Below, one piece after another: positions 52,319 through 64,000 of a stretch of DNA of 64,000 bases. Both the position numbers and the translations under genes were made by a program. This DNA is from Pecten maximus (lineage: Eukaryota): the NCBI RefSeq assembly GCF_902652985.1, contig NC_047020.1, positions 27,156,001-27,220,000 of the forward strand. Direction: 5' to 3'. Below the pieces are notes generated by a model, which was not told where the DNA came from, made no database searches, and saw only the letters and a list, made by a program, of their open reading frames with translations. Each line of letters begins with the position of its first letter. The stretch's first letter is position 1.

Positions 52319-54639
52319 CGTTCCCCGACGTTACAAAAAAAGGGACTTTTTCATCCCAGGTTTCACATGGAAATAGTTCTCTGTATATGCTTTAATTAAG
52401 TACACCACTTTGTGTTTTTGTGAGCGCACAGTGTACTTACTAGGTCAAATAGGGTAAGATTTCCTATAAATGGTGGGGGGGGGGGTGTCACACACACACA
52501 CATTTGTGCATCTTTACGACAAAACTTGGTAGCAACATAAACAAAACTGAGCCCAATCACCAAGAAATGGCATTGTGATTGTTTAATGTATCTGAAAGTG
52601 TTATGTCAATAATTAAAACAGAAAACATACTCCGGGAACAGCTATAAACTAGATGTCTTGAATGACAATTATGTGTGTTTCATTTTCTCCCCTATCAGAA
52701 AATGAGAGATGATAGCTGGCTGCATTCTTCGTGGATAAATTTCAAGAATTCAACAAACTTGGGATATATATATTATTTATGGATTTTTCCAACTCACAAA
52801 ATGATTCTAATTATAACTTTCACATGACATAATTGTTGGCGGTCTGACCTGTAGCCTCCGTTTTCCCCTTAGTATATCAAATAAAGCATTTCGACAAAAA
52901 AATGAGCAAGACGTTCATCGATGTATTGAGAATCCCTTATTGCCGATAACCTTTTAAATCATTGGATCGCTGAATCCCTTGTGGGTCCACTATCGAACAG
53001 AATGACAATTTCTATATTAAATCTGCTATCCATATATACAACATCTACACCTGATACAGAGTTTGTGTAAACTACTATGATCTTCATTCAGACTATTGTT
53101 TGGTAATTATTTTTAAAGTATGGAATACAATTAAATATATCATTATATAGTACCTTGCAATTAAACCTCCCTTCTTGAACCTCTTGACAATCACCACGGC
53201 CATGGGCCCTACGAGACTGTGGGGTAGTCATCGATACAGTAGCTGTTTTAGCCCCAGAGAACACACCATTAATGTTCTGTAATTGTTTGTTTTAAAACTG
53301 TTAATATGCAATGAACCAACATGGAGCGAAAAATGGAATTTCTTTTCATTGTTTTATCTTTGTGTAATAGTAAATGGTCCTTAACTTAATAGGGCAAAAC
53401 CACAAGTAATTCGTAGAATGCACGCGAAAAAAAAAAGAAGTCTTTCAGGTTTTCCGATTTTATGATTTAGTGATAAAAGGCTGTGTAAATAACCTTGAGT
53501 AAATTAGGAAAAAAAGTCTTTTATTGCTGTCTGTTCAAGCAAGACACTTAATGATATTTCGTTACTTCATTAAAACTGCATCGCATCCAAACCTCTGGAA
53601 TATCAATATCAATGCATCATCAGATAGAAAGGTATTCCACATGTACATCATTGTACAGTAAAATGCCTATTTGGATGACTATCAAATATTCCTACCATCT
53701 GACTATTTGATAGCCATTGTCGATAGTGATCATCTGACGAATCAGCTTCCATCAAGACTGACCAATGACATTCTTAAATTATGGCTCTTCCTTATTCTGT
53801 GACCAGTCCCTGTGGTCAGTGTATGTCCAGTCCATACTGACTAACAAGCCCTGGCATTGTGTATTGGCCTGGAGCTTCCCCATCGAATTAGGTCTCTTTA
53901 CCCCCATAATTCCTAACATTGTCAATTTATTTTTTCCAATGGATGCTTAACTAGAGGAACCAATTATTTTCCCCTCAAATTCTCAGCCATCTTGTGTGGA
54001 TTTGGGGGTTTTCTAATAAAGCATTCAGCAGGAACAATGTAATTACTGGACTCAGTTACCGACCAGCTCAGAGGAGATTGTGGCACCCGGACCGACCTCC
54101 AAGAACCCTCCGGTAGGTGGACAGTGCTGGTCTGTGTTAATTAGATTCTAATTGGGGGTCCTAATTGGGAGGTGTGAATAGTAATACACAATAATGTCAT
54201 AAAAGCTTCGACACAATAATCATATCACTATCCGGTCAGAATTACCTCGCAATCATTAACCAAACCAAAAAGACCAGCTCATTTTTAATTTTATTTGTGT
54301 GATACAAACTTGATAACAGCTGACAGGTTTCCCTCGACATTAATTATATTATAAATGTCACTTCAGTTCCCCAGGTCCCCCAGGTCAATTTGAGGTCAGT
54401 TTTATACTAATATAGTAAAGAGAAAATACTCCACTATAATCCAATGTACCTTAATTCATTTCTATGGCTGTGGATTGGATTGACAGTTTATGTAGAGAAA
54501 TATCAAATGCTGATATAATTTTAGTATGTTGATTTTAATGAATTCATGATTTAACACCAAAGAAAAGGATTTCCAAAATAAAACATTGTTACAAATTTAT
54601 CCCAAATCAAATATTGTTGTTTATGAATGAACATTCCAA

Positions 54640-54880
54640 TTGCAACTTGAAGAACCTTTTTTCCATGACAACTTGAAAACCTTGTTCCTGTTGCAATTTG
54701 ACGAACCTCCTTCCCATTACAATTTGACAAACCTCCTTCCCATTACAATCTGACGAACCTCCTTCCAGTTACAATTTGGAGAACCATGTTCCCATGACAT
54801 TACTTGACGAACTTTGTTTCAGTTTCAATTTGACAAATCAGGTTCCGATGACAACTTGATGAACCACATTCCTGTTACAT
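54640..54880. repeat. Old, degenerate ~25-bp tandem repeat
   Basis: Recurrent caa(c/t)ttga(c)gaacc...ttcc.(a/g)ttac. Confidence 0.6.
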
Positions 54881-56675
54881 AACTTGAATTGGTAAAAACC
54901 AAGTTCATGAAGGACCAAGATAAATCTTGAAGTGAAACCAGCTAATTACACAGACCTTGACATTAGAAGATTAAAAGAAAAAAAGAAATGTCACGATACA
55001 AGATAAACAATTGGAATTGGAGGATTTTTTTTTATGATTTTTAGGTGAATTTATATGGTATAGCTGAAAAGATAAGACGGTGGTACAAGACCTCAGACGA
55101 AGCCAGATAAGTTTGAGAGACAGGACTGTGTGTTTTACAGATTCCTCTCAAGGTCTCCCAAATATTGTTTCTACAGATGTCAAGTCCTTTTTCGGTGTGA
55201 TATTTTCAGTAATTAAGTATGAATATTTACGGAAAAAAATTGTTTTCCTTCTTTCCAGTCCCAGATTAAGTGTACCTGATCAATAGCATGGTTCTTTACA
55301 GATCTTTCACCAAATCAGAGAGACACTGAGAGTTTACAATGACTTGTACAGAGCTATAGAGGTAGATAACATCTGAAAGTGTCGCGGGATGAAAATACAG
55401 AAAGGTGAAAAGATGAGATTGTTTCGTCACCTGGAGCTCATTGAGGAATTAGCCGAGTATATAGGTATATCTAAGAGATCAGGTAAGATAGTATCTGGTT
55501 GGTATGTGACGGGCTTTCATCACTGAGAGTGTGTGGAGGTCCTCCGAGAAACCCCTATAGTTAATCACCTTGTCACAACTCCTGCCAATAAAACAGCATA
55601 CACTACCTAGGGGCGCCGCACATCGGCCTAAAAACAAAAAGTAGGCAAGATCATGATCAATGATTACGACAATATCTCTCTCTCCACACATAAAAACCCA
55701 ACCATGGAGATGAATAGAGAACAAATCGGGACAAATCACCTGTATGAACAGGCAGCCGATACAGTGGCTAGATAATAAAGAACGATTCTATTTTCACCAG
55801 AATATACTCTTATCGTTTTGGAGAAGACAACACGATTTGTAACAATAGGAATGTTGATTTATGACCGTGGCTGAGGAGGCAGCTACATGAAACAAGATGT
55901 GGACAGATTATTGGTGGTGCTTTGTATTAAAGCTAAGGATGATAAATGATGGCGATGGGTCTGGTTACCTGTGGACGTCAATTTCTACCCAGGTACGATT
56001 ACCTGTGACAACGCTGTGGCCACCGATTCCTGTTTATAGAGTATTGTATTTTCACTAATACTGTTTTGTTTTCTCTGGTGTTTGTGTTTCTATAGACATC
56101 GTCAGGGCAATACTTTGTCCAGTATGGAGACCTGTGCAGACCTCCTGGTCGGCCTCTAGCTTGTCTTGGGCCAGGGACTGACAACTGGAACACCCCACAG
56201 GTTTTCAGTGTGACTGACAGACACATACTGCCACAGTGCAAGATGCTTTTATTGTAGCAAGTGACAGAATTTCCATGAAATATGAGAACTTTGGGAAGAT
56301 ATTTTTCAATTCTAACTGAGAAAATAGAGACATGTTGAGGTCAATTCTGATAGAAACAGGAACTAGACTGTCAGGATCACTAATGGAAACAAAATACATC
56401 ATCTCTCGGTCATTTTTCATCAGCCTCATCAACAGTTTAACCAGAAACTACCAGAATTTTTTTCAATTTCTCAACAGGATCTGGCAACCATCAAACAACT
56501 ATTTCCATCCATGTCTAAACATGCTGCATGAGCATATTTCCAGACGTTGCCACACCACCTTGTATAGATGAAGGTGTGCCCCATTTCTGTAGACAATGAA
56601 CATGGGAAATTAGCTTGACAGACCTCCACTGTCTTAATGACCAATCTGTCTCTAGCACAAGTTGGTACCTTTGCA

Positions 56676-57050
56676 CCGTGTTTATCCTCAAATAAGTCCC
56701 TGCCCTAGTGTAAAAGTTAAGTACTATATTTATCCTCAAATAAGACCTTCCCCTAGTGTAAAAGTTAAGTACTGTATTTTTCCTCAAATGAGCCCCCTCC
56801 CCTAGTGTAAGTTAAGTACTATATTTATCCTCAAATAAGACCCCTCCCCTAGTGTAAGTTTAGTACCGTATTTTTCCTCAAATGAGCCCCCTCCCCTAGT
56901 GTAAGTTTAGTACTGTATTTTTCCTCAAATAAGCCCCCGTCCTTAGTCATTAAATTGTTTGTATTACAGTTTGGGGAGGGCTCGTTTGTAAACCCCTTTT
57001 AGCTTACTATCTTATGAAGCGGCTGAATTATTTGTAGACAGGGGCTTATC
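56676..57050. mobile_element. Foldback/MITE-like element, copy 2
   Basis: About 6 x ~48-50-bp units with tatcctcaaataagcccc, the same core (agttt.gggagggct...cttttagcttact) and a terminal ggggcttat. Confidence 0.65.
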
Positions 57051-60000
57051 TTTCAATAAGCGCATCCTTAGCAATAAGTCCACCAATATGTATTACTGTT
57101 CAGTGAAATTACTGTTAATGAAATTTTATTGTCATGTAATAAGCTCAAGCTGACTTTGAATCAGAAATTATGTGTTAAATTGGCCCCCCCTTGGATAAAC
57201 CCACTAGTATAAATCTCCTTGTAGCTACATACTGCCTTAAGTGTTGGTAAAATATCACATCTCATTGATTTCGTATCATAATCTCTGAACCTTACAGCCA
57301 TTCCCTATAGGCATCAGGGAAAATATGCCTGTAATGACTATAAGATTTCTGGGACCATCTTAACCTCGTGTTGACCCGGACTGGACAATAAACTCCTGTC
57401 TGATGTACCTTAGTATCATTAGCATGCATTCATAATCAAGGTAGCAGGAATACTAGCAGGAATACTGCAATAATTCGGATCATAAAATCACCATAAACCT
57501 GCTTATGGGTGCACAAACCTTTCTGGGGACCAAGAAAGCCTGGTCGTAAGTCATAAACCGAGGCGGACAACAATAGCCATTATGTCTCGTGTCCACTGCT
57601 CAATTAGGTTGGTCAGTTTGTGAGGATTAAACCTAATCATTTCTGTAATATCTCTCATTTGTCTGTATTAAAATCAGGCTATGATCGTGTGAAATAGCAT
57701 CGTAAGTATGGCGTTCATACCATCACAGTCGTCACCCAATTATATAGCATTTGTATGGCCATACTTCTAATAAAGATTTCTGATTTAAATGTCAGAAAAT
57801 AGAAATCTATATTCACTAGCAATTTACGATTTTGCTTTTGTTAATGGTAATTTAACCTGCTTAATCTGACCTACTGTGTGATCCAACATATACACAATGT
57901 TTATATAACAATGTTGATAAAACTGGTATTGTATGCCTTGATGTCAGATAAGAAAGGATGTCGGAATACTCAGGGTTCTGATTTCAGAGGTTTTAATGTA
58001 CTGGTATATATTCATTGTTGACATTTTAAATTTAATTTATTTTGAAACAGAAAGAAAAACAAAATCTTTCTTTCAGATCATATATAGGTACATATATATA
58101 TATATATAGAGTATAAACGTTGTATCTGGTGTAGGGATCAATCTATTATAACTTCTGTATGTCTAAAAACTGCTTTATCATGAAACAAAAATGTAATAAA
58201 AAATGTGTCCAGGTAAATCACAGGTGAGGTATACAGGTAAGTAGATTGACCTGACGGCCGTAATGATGGATCATAACGAGTGACGGAGCGCCTCCGGCCA
58301 TGTACAGTGGTCAGATCATGTTTTACTGATGTCCAGCCACACCAGATTACGTAGACTTACAGAGGCGCCATCTACATCATAGGTGTGGTAGGATAAAAAC
58401 AATACACTCCATATGTCAACGACAAGGTAGAAATTGATTTTATGATGACAAAAACCTGATGAGGGATCATGGCAACTCGCTGGTTTTATGTCAGCCCTAT
58501 TGTAAAGTCATACACAGTGATATTGATATCATAGCGAGGTCTCCACGTTAGTATTCCGCAAACAATTAAGTAGGCGGCGTCTATTTCAAAACATGTAAAA
58601 AAAAAACGACTAGGAGCAAAGGGAACATTTGTATACATGAATTGGTGATTTCCTGGTACAAAGAACACAAAGGATGTCAATTGGTCTACGTTAATATTGA
58701 CAACAGGTAACTCAAGACACCTGTTTCCTCTACGTAATTACTCGATAAAACAAGCAACATGCTCTCCGGAAATGTACAAACCGATATGTTACGTGACATC
58801 AAACTGATACAAATTTATCTACACAATAATTTAGAATTCTATTTGAATGTAAAGTACATATATATATATATATATATACAATCTGGAATCCATTTAGCAG
58901 TAGATGTGGTGTCACTCAATAGCTGTAGAGACTGGATCAGAAATTAATGAAAAAAATACTTTCACTTTCTCCCATTATTATCTTAGTGGGTATCGAAGAG
59001 TGTCAGTCATTCTGGCCAAATAAATCTTGTGACCTATGGTCAGTTACACTGGACCTAACAACTGGACTTCAAAGTCTAACCAGTAAAATATCTGGTAATG
59101 ACATCATTAGTGTTTCTGTCAAGCTGTTTATTTCCTCAATGTCTGCCATTTCAAGCTTTTGTGAGACTTTGATGGAACGGTTGTGAAGCTGGAATTTGTT
59201 TGAATGGCTTTGTCACCTGGGCAGGCCAGTGATGCATTTAGCAATACCTCTAACAATATTGTTTTATTAAAAAGTCAAAACGTGCCGAGACATCTTCCTC
59301 ATCGATTATAAAACTATTATTTTCACAACTGACCGTTTTGCTATCACCAGAGTTTGTTATATGTAAACAAATGCACAGCTGTGTGGGACTTTGTCCCGTT
59401 GGAGTACCAGACAGCCTCTCCAATAAAGATTATCCGACCACTTTGTAATGGATACTTGTCCATTATTTCTACAGACTGTGTATAGGAATAAATGATACCA
59501 CCTTTTAAAACAGATCCTGAAAATACCTAAAAAGGACATTGACTGCATGGACACACTCCTCCATCAACGTAGGTCTGGGAAATCAAACAGAAACACCAAA
59601 TTTTTAACCGTGAGTTTCAGAATACTGCACCCTTCTTTTCAATCATCATACTTTTTTCAGGCACAGTTTGATAGTTGGAATATCTTAATCTATAAATGAA
59701 TGATTTCAAGTTGATTGCATTTTTTTTTAAATTCAGAAATTCATCACCTCATATAATGTTGACAGTAGTGTCAGATATATGTTTTTGATAACAAATTTCA
59801 TTACCAGTACTTGAGGCACACCCTCCTGTTAATCCTCAAACCAATTTCACCACCACATGACCTAACCTTCATGGTAAGGTTGTTATGGTGATGAGACAAT
59901 AGTTATACCCAGACAATCACCACATGTTACCCACCAGATAGATACCCAGAAGAGAAAATACATTAATTAATCAATTCTAGTGTTGTTGGCATTTATTCAA

Positions 60001-60376
60001 ATGTCTCCGAATAAGCTGTAAATGTTGCCAGGGGTACCCTGGCCACAGTCTGTATGTCTTTGTAGTTTTTTTTTTTTTTGTGATAATTAGAATGATAGTT
60101 TCGCAGACACCTGGGGAATAGCATCGTCTGAACAACCTATAGATGCCCTCAAAATCATTACACCATCAATGCTAATCTATCGATTTCAAGGTTCTGCAGA
60201 TATTTTTGGTCCTATAAGCAAACAGATTTATATCTTGTTTGCATGTTTATAGAAACTAGTATAACACAATCCACACCTTTATCCAGCACTGTCATGGATT
60301 TAATGGCTACAAAGTCTTTAATTACATAGATTAATTGGACAGTACCGGCCCTTTATACGAACTTTATCAATACACA

Positions 60377-60802
60377 TGTTTTATTGGTTATTTGTGCCTG
60401 CCTTGTTTACATAAAACAACCTATCAAGAGGTTATACTTGTTTTTATTGGTTATTTGTGCCTGCCTTGTTTACATAAAATAATCTGTCAAGAGGTTAAAC
60501 TTGTTTTTATTGGTTATTTGTGCCTGCCTTATTTACATAAAATAATCTGTCAAGAGGTTATACTTGTTTTTATTGGTTATTTGTGCCTGCTTTGTTTACA
60601 TAAAATAATCTGTCAAGAGGTTATACTTGTTTTTATTGGTTATTTGTGCCTGCCTTGTTTACATAAAATAATCTGTCAAGAGGTTATACTTGTTTTTATT
60701 GGTTATTTGTGCCTGCCTTGTTTACATAAAATAATCTGTCATGAGGTTACACTTGTTTTTATTGGTTATTTTTCCTGCTTTGTTTACAGAAAATAATCTG
60801 CC
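60377..60802. repeat. 63-bp minisatellite, ~7 copies
   Basis: Unit tttttattggttatttgtgcctgccttgtttacataaaataatctgtcaagaggttatacttg. Confidence 0.95.
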
Positions 60803-61019
60803 ATGACGTTTCGCTTGCTTCTTGCTGCTTATTAGTGCTTCTAAGTGCTTTAACTCAAAAAGGTTACAACTTTGCACATTTGTTATTTGTACCTGCCTTG
60901 CCTATACCTCTGGCCTGTTGTAACCTTGATTATACAGACCATGTTCTATCACTGTCTCACACTTCAACATACACAAGGCTGAGTAAGTGATAAATTCATC
61001 AATGATTTAATTTTGAACA

Positions 61020-61315
61020 CAAATACAGATAATGCTGTATAATTTCATCTTGTTTGTAACAAGCATTTTCATTGGCTAAGAAATTTCTGTTATCTGTCCA
61101 TAACGTAAAAAATGGCGTCGCTGTTTATAACATCGCTTTTGATTGGTGGATGGAGTAGCATAAGGATTTGTAAGAGAAAAGAGTGCTTCAGTAAAGTGAA
61201 TTTTTCCAGGGTATAGATTAAATTATAAGGATTAACTTATATATACGGTATATATTTTTGTTTTGTTATGTTATAACTCCATAACATAAAAAATATATTC
61301 AAGTTAATCCTCAAG
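61020..61315. mobile_element. Possible short non-autonomous DNA element with a terminal hairpin
   Basis: Two attgg motifs (ttcattggcta, tgattggtgg), aaaatggcg and a long inverted repeat at 61228-61311. Confidence 0.3.
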
Positions 61316-62761
61316 TATCTTTGAACTGTGGCAGGTACATCTATAGTCCATCAGTTGTAATTAAACTTCTGGAGATTTTACTCATTCATTGTTACCTGAA
61401 AATATACACCTATATCTCTCCCCATGTTTCCTTCTTTTTTATTCTGTACTATTCGTGGCTATGGTGTTTAATGATAAGTATTTACATCTGATTTCATTGT
61501 CAATAGTTAATAATAACTTTCAAGTTCTTACATATGCACTGCTATAAGTAGCCATCTTTGTATTCCCTAGACATCTAATCTGTCAGTCCTATTGTCACTT
61601 TGAAGGATGGGTTTTAATTTGATGATAGCTGTCAGAGACTTCCAGCAACAAGATATTTCTATATTTCATGTGGTACACAATTAGAAATGAGACGGGGGAG
61701 GTTGGGTAGAGAGATAAATATCAATAAGCCTAGAAAATACTAGGTACAACAGTCGTCGGAGATCAATACCTTACTGATAGGAAGATAAGGTGTTTTACGC
61801 ACACACAACCTTGCCTAACCTTACTCACACCTAGTTGACAGGCCATGACATAATCAAAATTCCTGCCATCTTTATCACTGTTCCTAGTCAGAGCATACAC
61901 ACTGAAATCAGCTGGAACATCATGCATTATACATTCAAACCTACCCACCTCTCAGGAACCATAACCTGTGTTAGCACCATTCCTAGGTACAAGTAGCACA
62001 TCTTACAGTAGATTTTATAGTGGGTTAAGTCTTTCCTGGTATTGACTATAGTTGACTAGTCGTCCCAAATTAAATTTTAAAAATTTACAAGAAATTGACC
62101 AGAAGCAAGATAAATGTTTAAGGACCACTGATAAAAAGATGTTTTGCATTTCCTTGTTGAGTGAAGGTTACGAATATAGTGAATGTATAGCTAATTAAAA
62201 CCTGACAAGGATTAGGGATGACTGTAGATACAGGCTTACCTATATATATACAGGAATGTGATGGAGTTTCTGGATGAATGGGGGTGGATTCATCTGGGAT
62301 ATAGTGTAGGAATGTGGCCGATAGAGATCAGTACTGTGGTATACACCTAGGAGGTGTGGCTCTCCGGCAGGTAACAGACAGGTGCTTCGATCCTCGTTAA
62401 AGGTGAGATGGATGAGGATCAGCACTATAATTATCCGACTAGATACATTTCACACTGTCCTATTCTACGAGACACAATTATATTTAGTACTGAATGTCTA
62501 TAGATATATAGCCTCATGGAATTTCCTGACAGTGTATATCAGATACACCTCTGACCACCACAACAATATGTGTTTAAGTCCATGCATTGACACTTCATAA
62601 TTATGTCCTGAAAACCACAACTTCTTATATGAAATTTGGTTACTGCTTAAATCATTTGGTGTTTATCGTTGTTTTTGATAAATTTACTAACATAGTAACT
62701 TGTTGATTAGTCTAGAAGTTTTAAATTTACATTGTGAAAATGGCAGACAACAATGACAATA

Positions 62762-63510
62762 CCAAGGCCTCAAAGACAAACCTTAGCATGGTCTCAAAGA
62801 CAAACCTTAGCATGGCCTCAAAGACAAACCTTAGCATGGTCTCAAAGACAAACCTTAGCATGGTCTCAAAGACAAACCCAAACATGGCCTCAAAGACAAA
62901 CCCAAACATGGCCTCAAAGACAAACCTTAGCATGATCTCAAAGACAAACCCAAACATGGCCTCAAAGACAAACCTTAGCATGATCTCAAAGACAAACCCA
63001 AACATGGCCTCAAAGACAAACCCAAACATGGCCTCAAAGACAAACCTTAGCATGGTCTCAAATACAAACCTTAGCATGGTCTCAAAGACAAACCTTAGCA
63101 TGGTCTCAAAGACAAACCCAAACATGGCCTCAAAGACAAACCTTAGCATGGTCTCAAAGACAAACCTTAGCATGGTCTCAAAGACAAACCTTAGCATGGT
63201 CTCAAAGACAAACCTTAGCATGGTCTCAAATACAAACCTTAGCATGGTCTCAAAGACAAACCCAAACATGGCCTCAAAGACCAACCCAAACATGGCCTCG
63301 AAGAAAAACCAAAGCAAGACCTCAAAGACAAAACCAAGCAAGGCCTCAAAGACAAACCTGAACATGGCCTCAAAGACAAAACCAAGCAAGGCCTCAAAGA
63401 CAAACCCAAAACATGGCCTCAAAGACCAACCCAAGCAAGACCTCAAAGAAAAAATCAAGCAAGGCCTCAAAGACAAAACCAAGCATGGCCCCAAAGACAA
63501 ACCCAAACCA
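62762..63510. repeat. 24-bp minisatellite, ~31 copies
   Basis: Two interleaved variants, ctcaaagacaaaccttagcatggt and ctcaaagacaaacccaaacatggc. Confidence 0.95.
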
Positions 63511-64000
63511 AAAAAGTCTCACTTTTATTATTGTAAAGTAAACAGTTTAATATCTTTTGTTATGGAATGGAACTTAGCGGAGTTAGAGCTGGCACCATCA
63601 ACAGCAGTACAGTTGTAGAGAAACAAAGAGAATATATACAGCCATACTTTATCATTTCCTCCAACATCCAGAAAATATGTTTTACACTTTACTATTTATT
63701 TAAATTACCCACTTGAAAACCTTCAAAGTGAAAAGTCTAATCCAGCACTTGAAACATCAGGTTCATTACACTTATCAGTTGGGCAGTGTTGGAACAAAGC
63801 CATGCCAACCAATTACAGTACAAGTATCCTTAATCAGCAAATATTTTATTTCTAAAAGACCAGGAAGAATTGTAACCTCAATGTTCTACTCTTCACCCCT
63901 CTAAATGTATATTCCTTGTTCCCTTGACAACCGTAGCCATCAGTATGATCAGGTAAGTGTAGACAATCTTGCCCTTCCTGGCATCAAGCTTTGAGAGATG

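Noticed and set aside
60335-60796. Cys-rich 153-aa ORF resembling a zinc finger (CLPCLH)
   Set aside because: 63-bp tandem repeat; the Cys spacing is incidental.
62727-63618. 259- and 294-aa ORFs
   Set aside because: Translations of a 24-bp minisatellite on both strands.

Overview
AT-rich, intron-containing animal genomic DNA; the gene family and repeat styles suggest a mollusc, probably a bivalve (inference). The main feature is a four-exon, 7-cadherin-repeat (delta1-type) protocadherin on the minus strand (22763->10710, about 1188 aa once repaired), with the whole ectodomain and TM helix in one 2.7-kb exon. That exon has a single -1 frame break near the end of EC1, at an in-phase A-AAT-TTA heptamer; an assembly indel is the most likely cause. 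The 3' end of a second, convergent, protocadherin-like gene lies on the + strand (exons 314-467 and 646-1289). It shares the DSGRG motif, intron phases and D-x-I-V C-terminus. The rest (about 23-64 kb) has no credible coding exon. The window carries about a dozen unrelated minisatellite arrays (24-63 bp units) and two copies of a foldback/MITE-like element. All long ORFs outside the two genes are repeat artefacts. No CRISPR, rRNA or tRNA was recognised.
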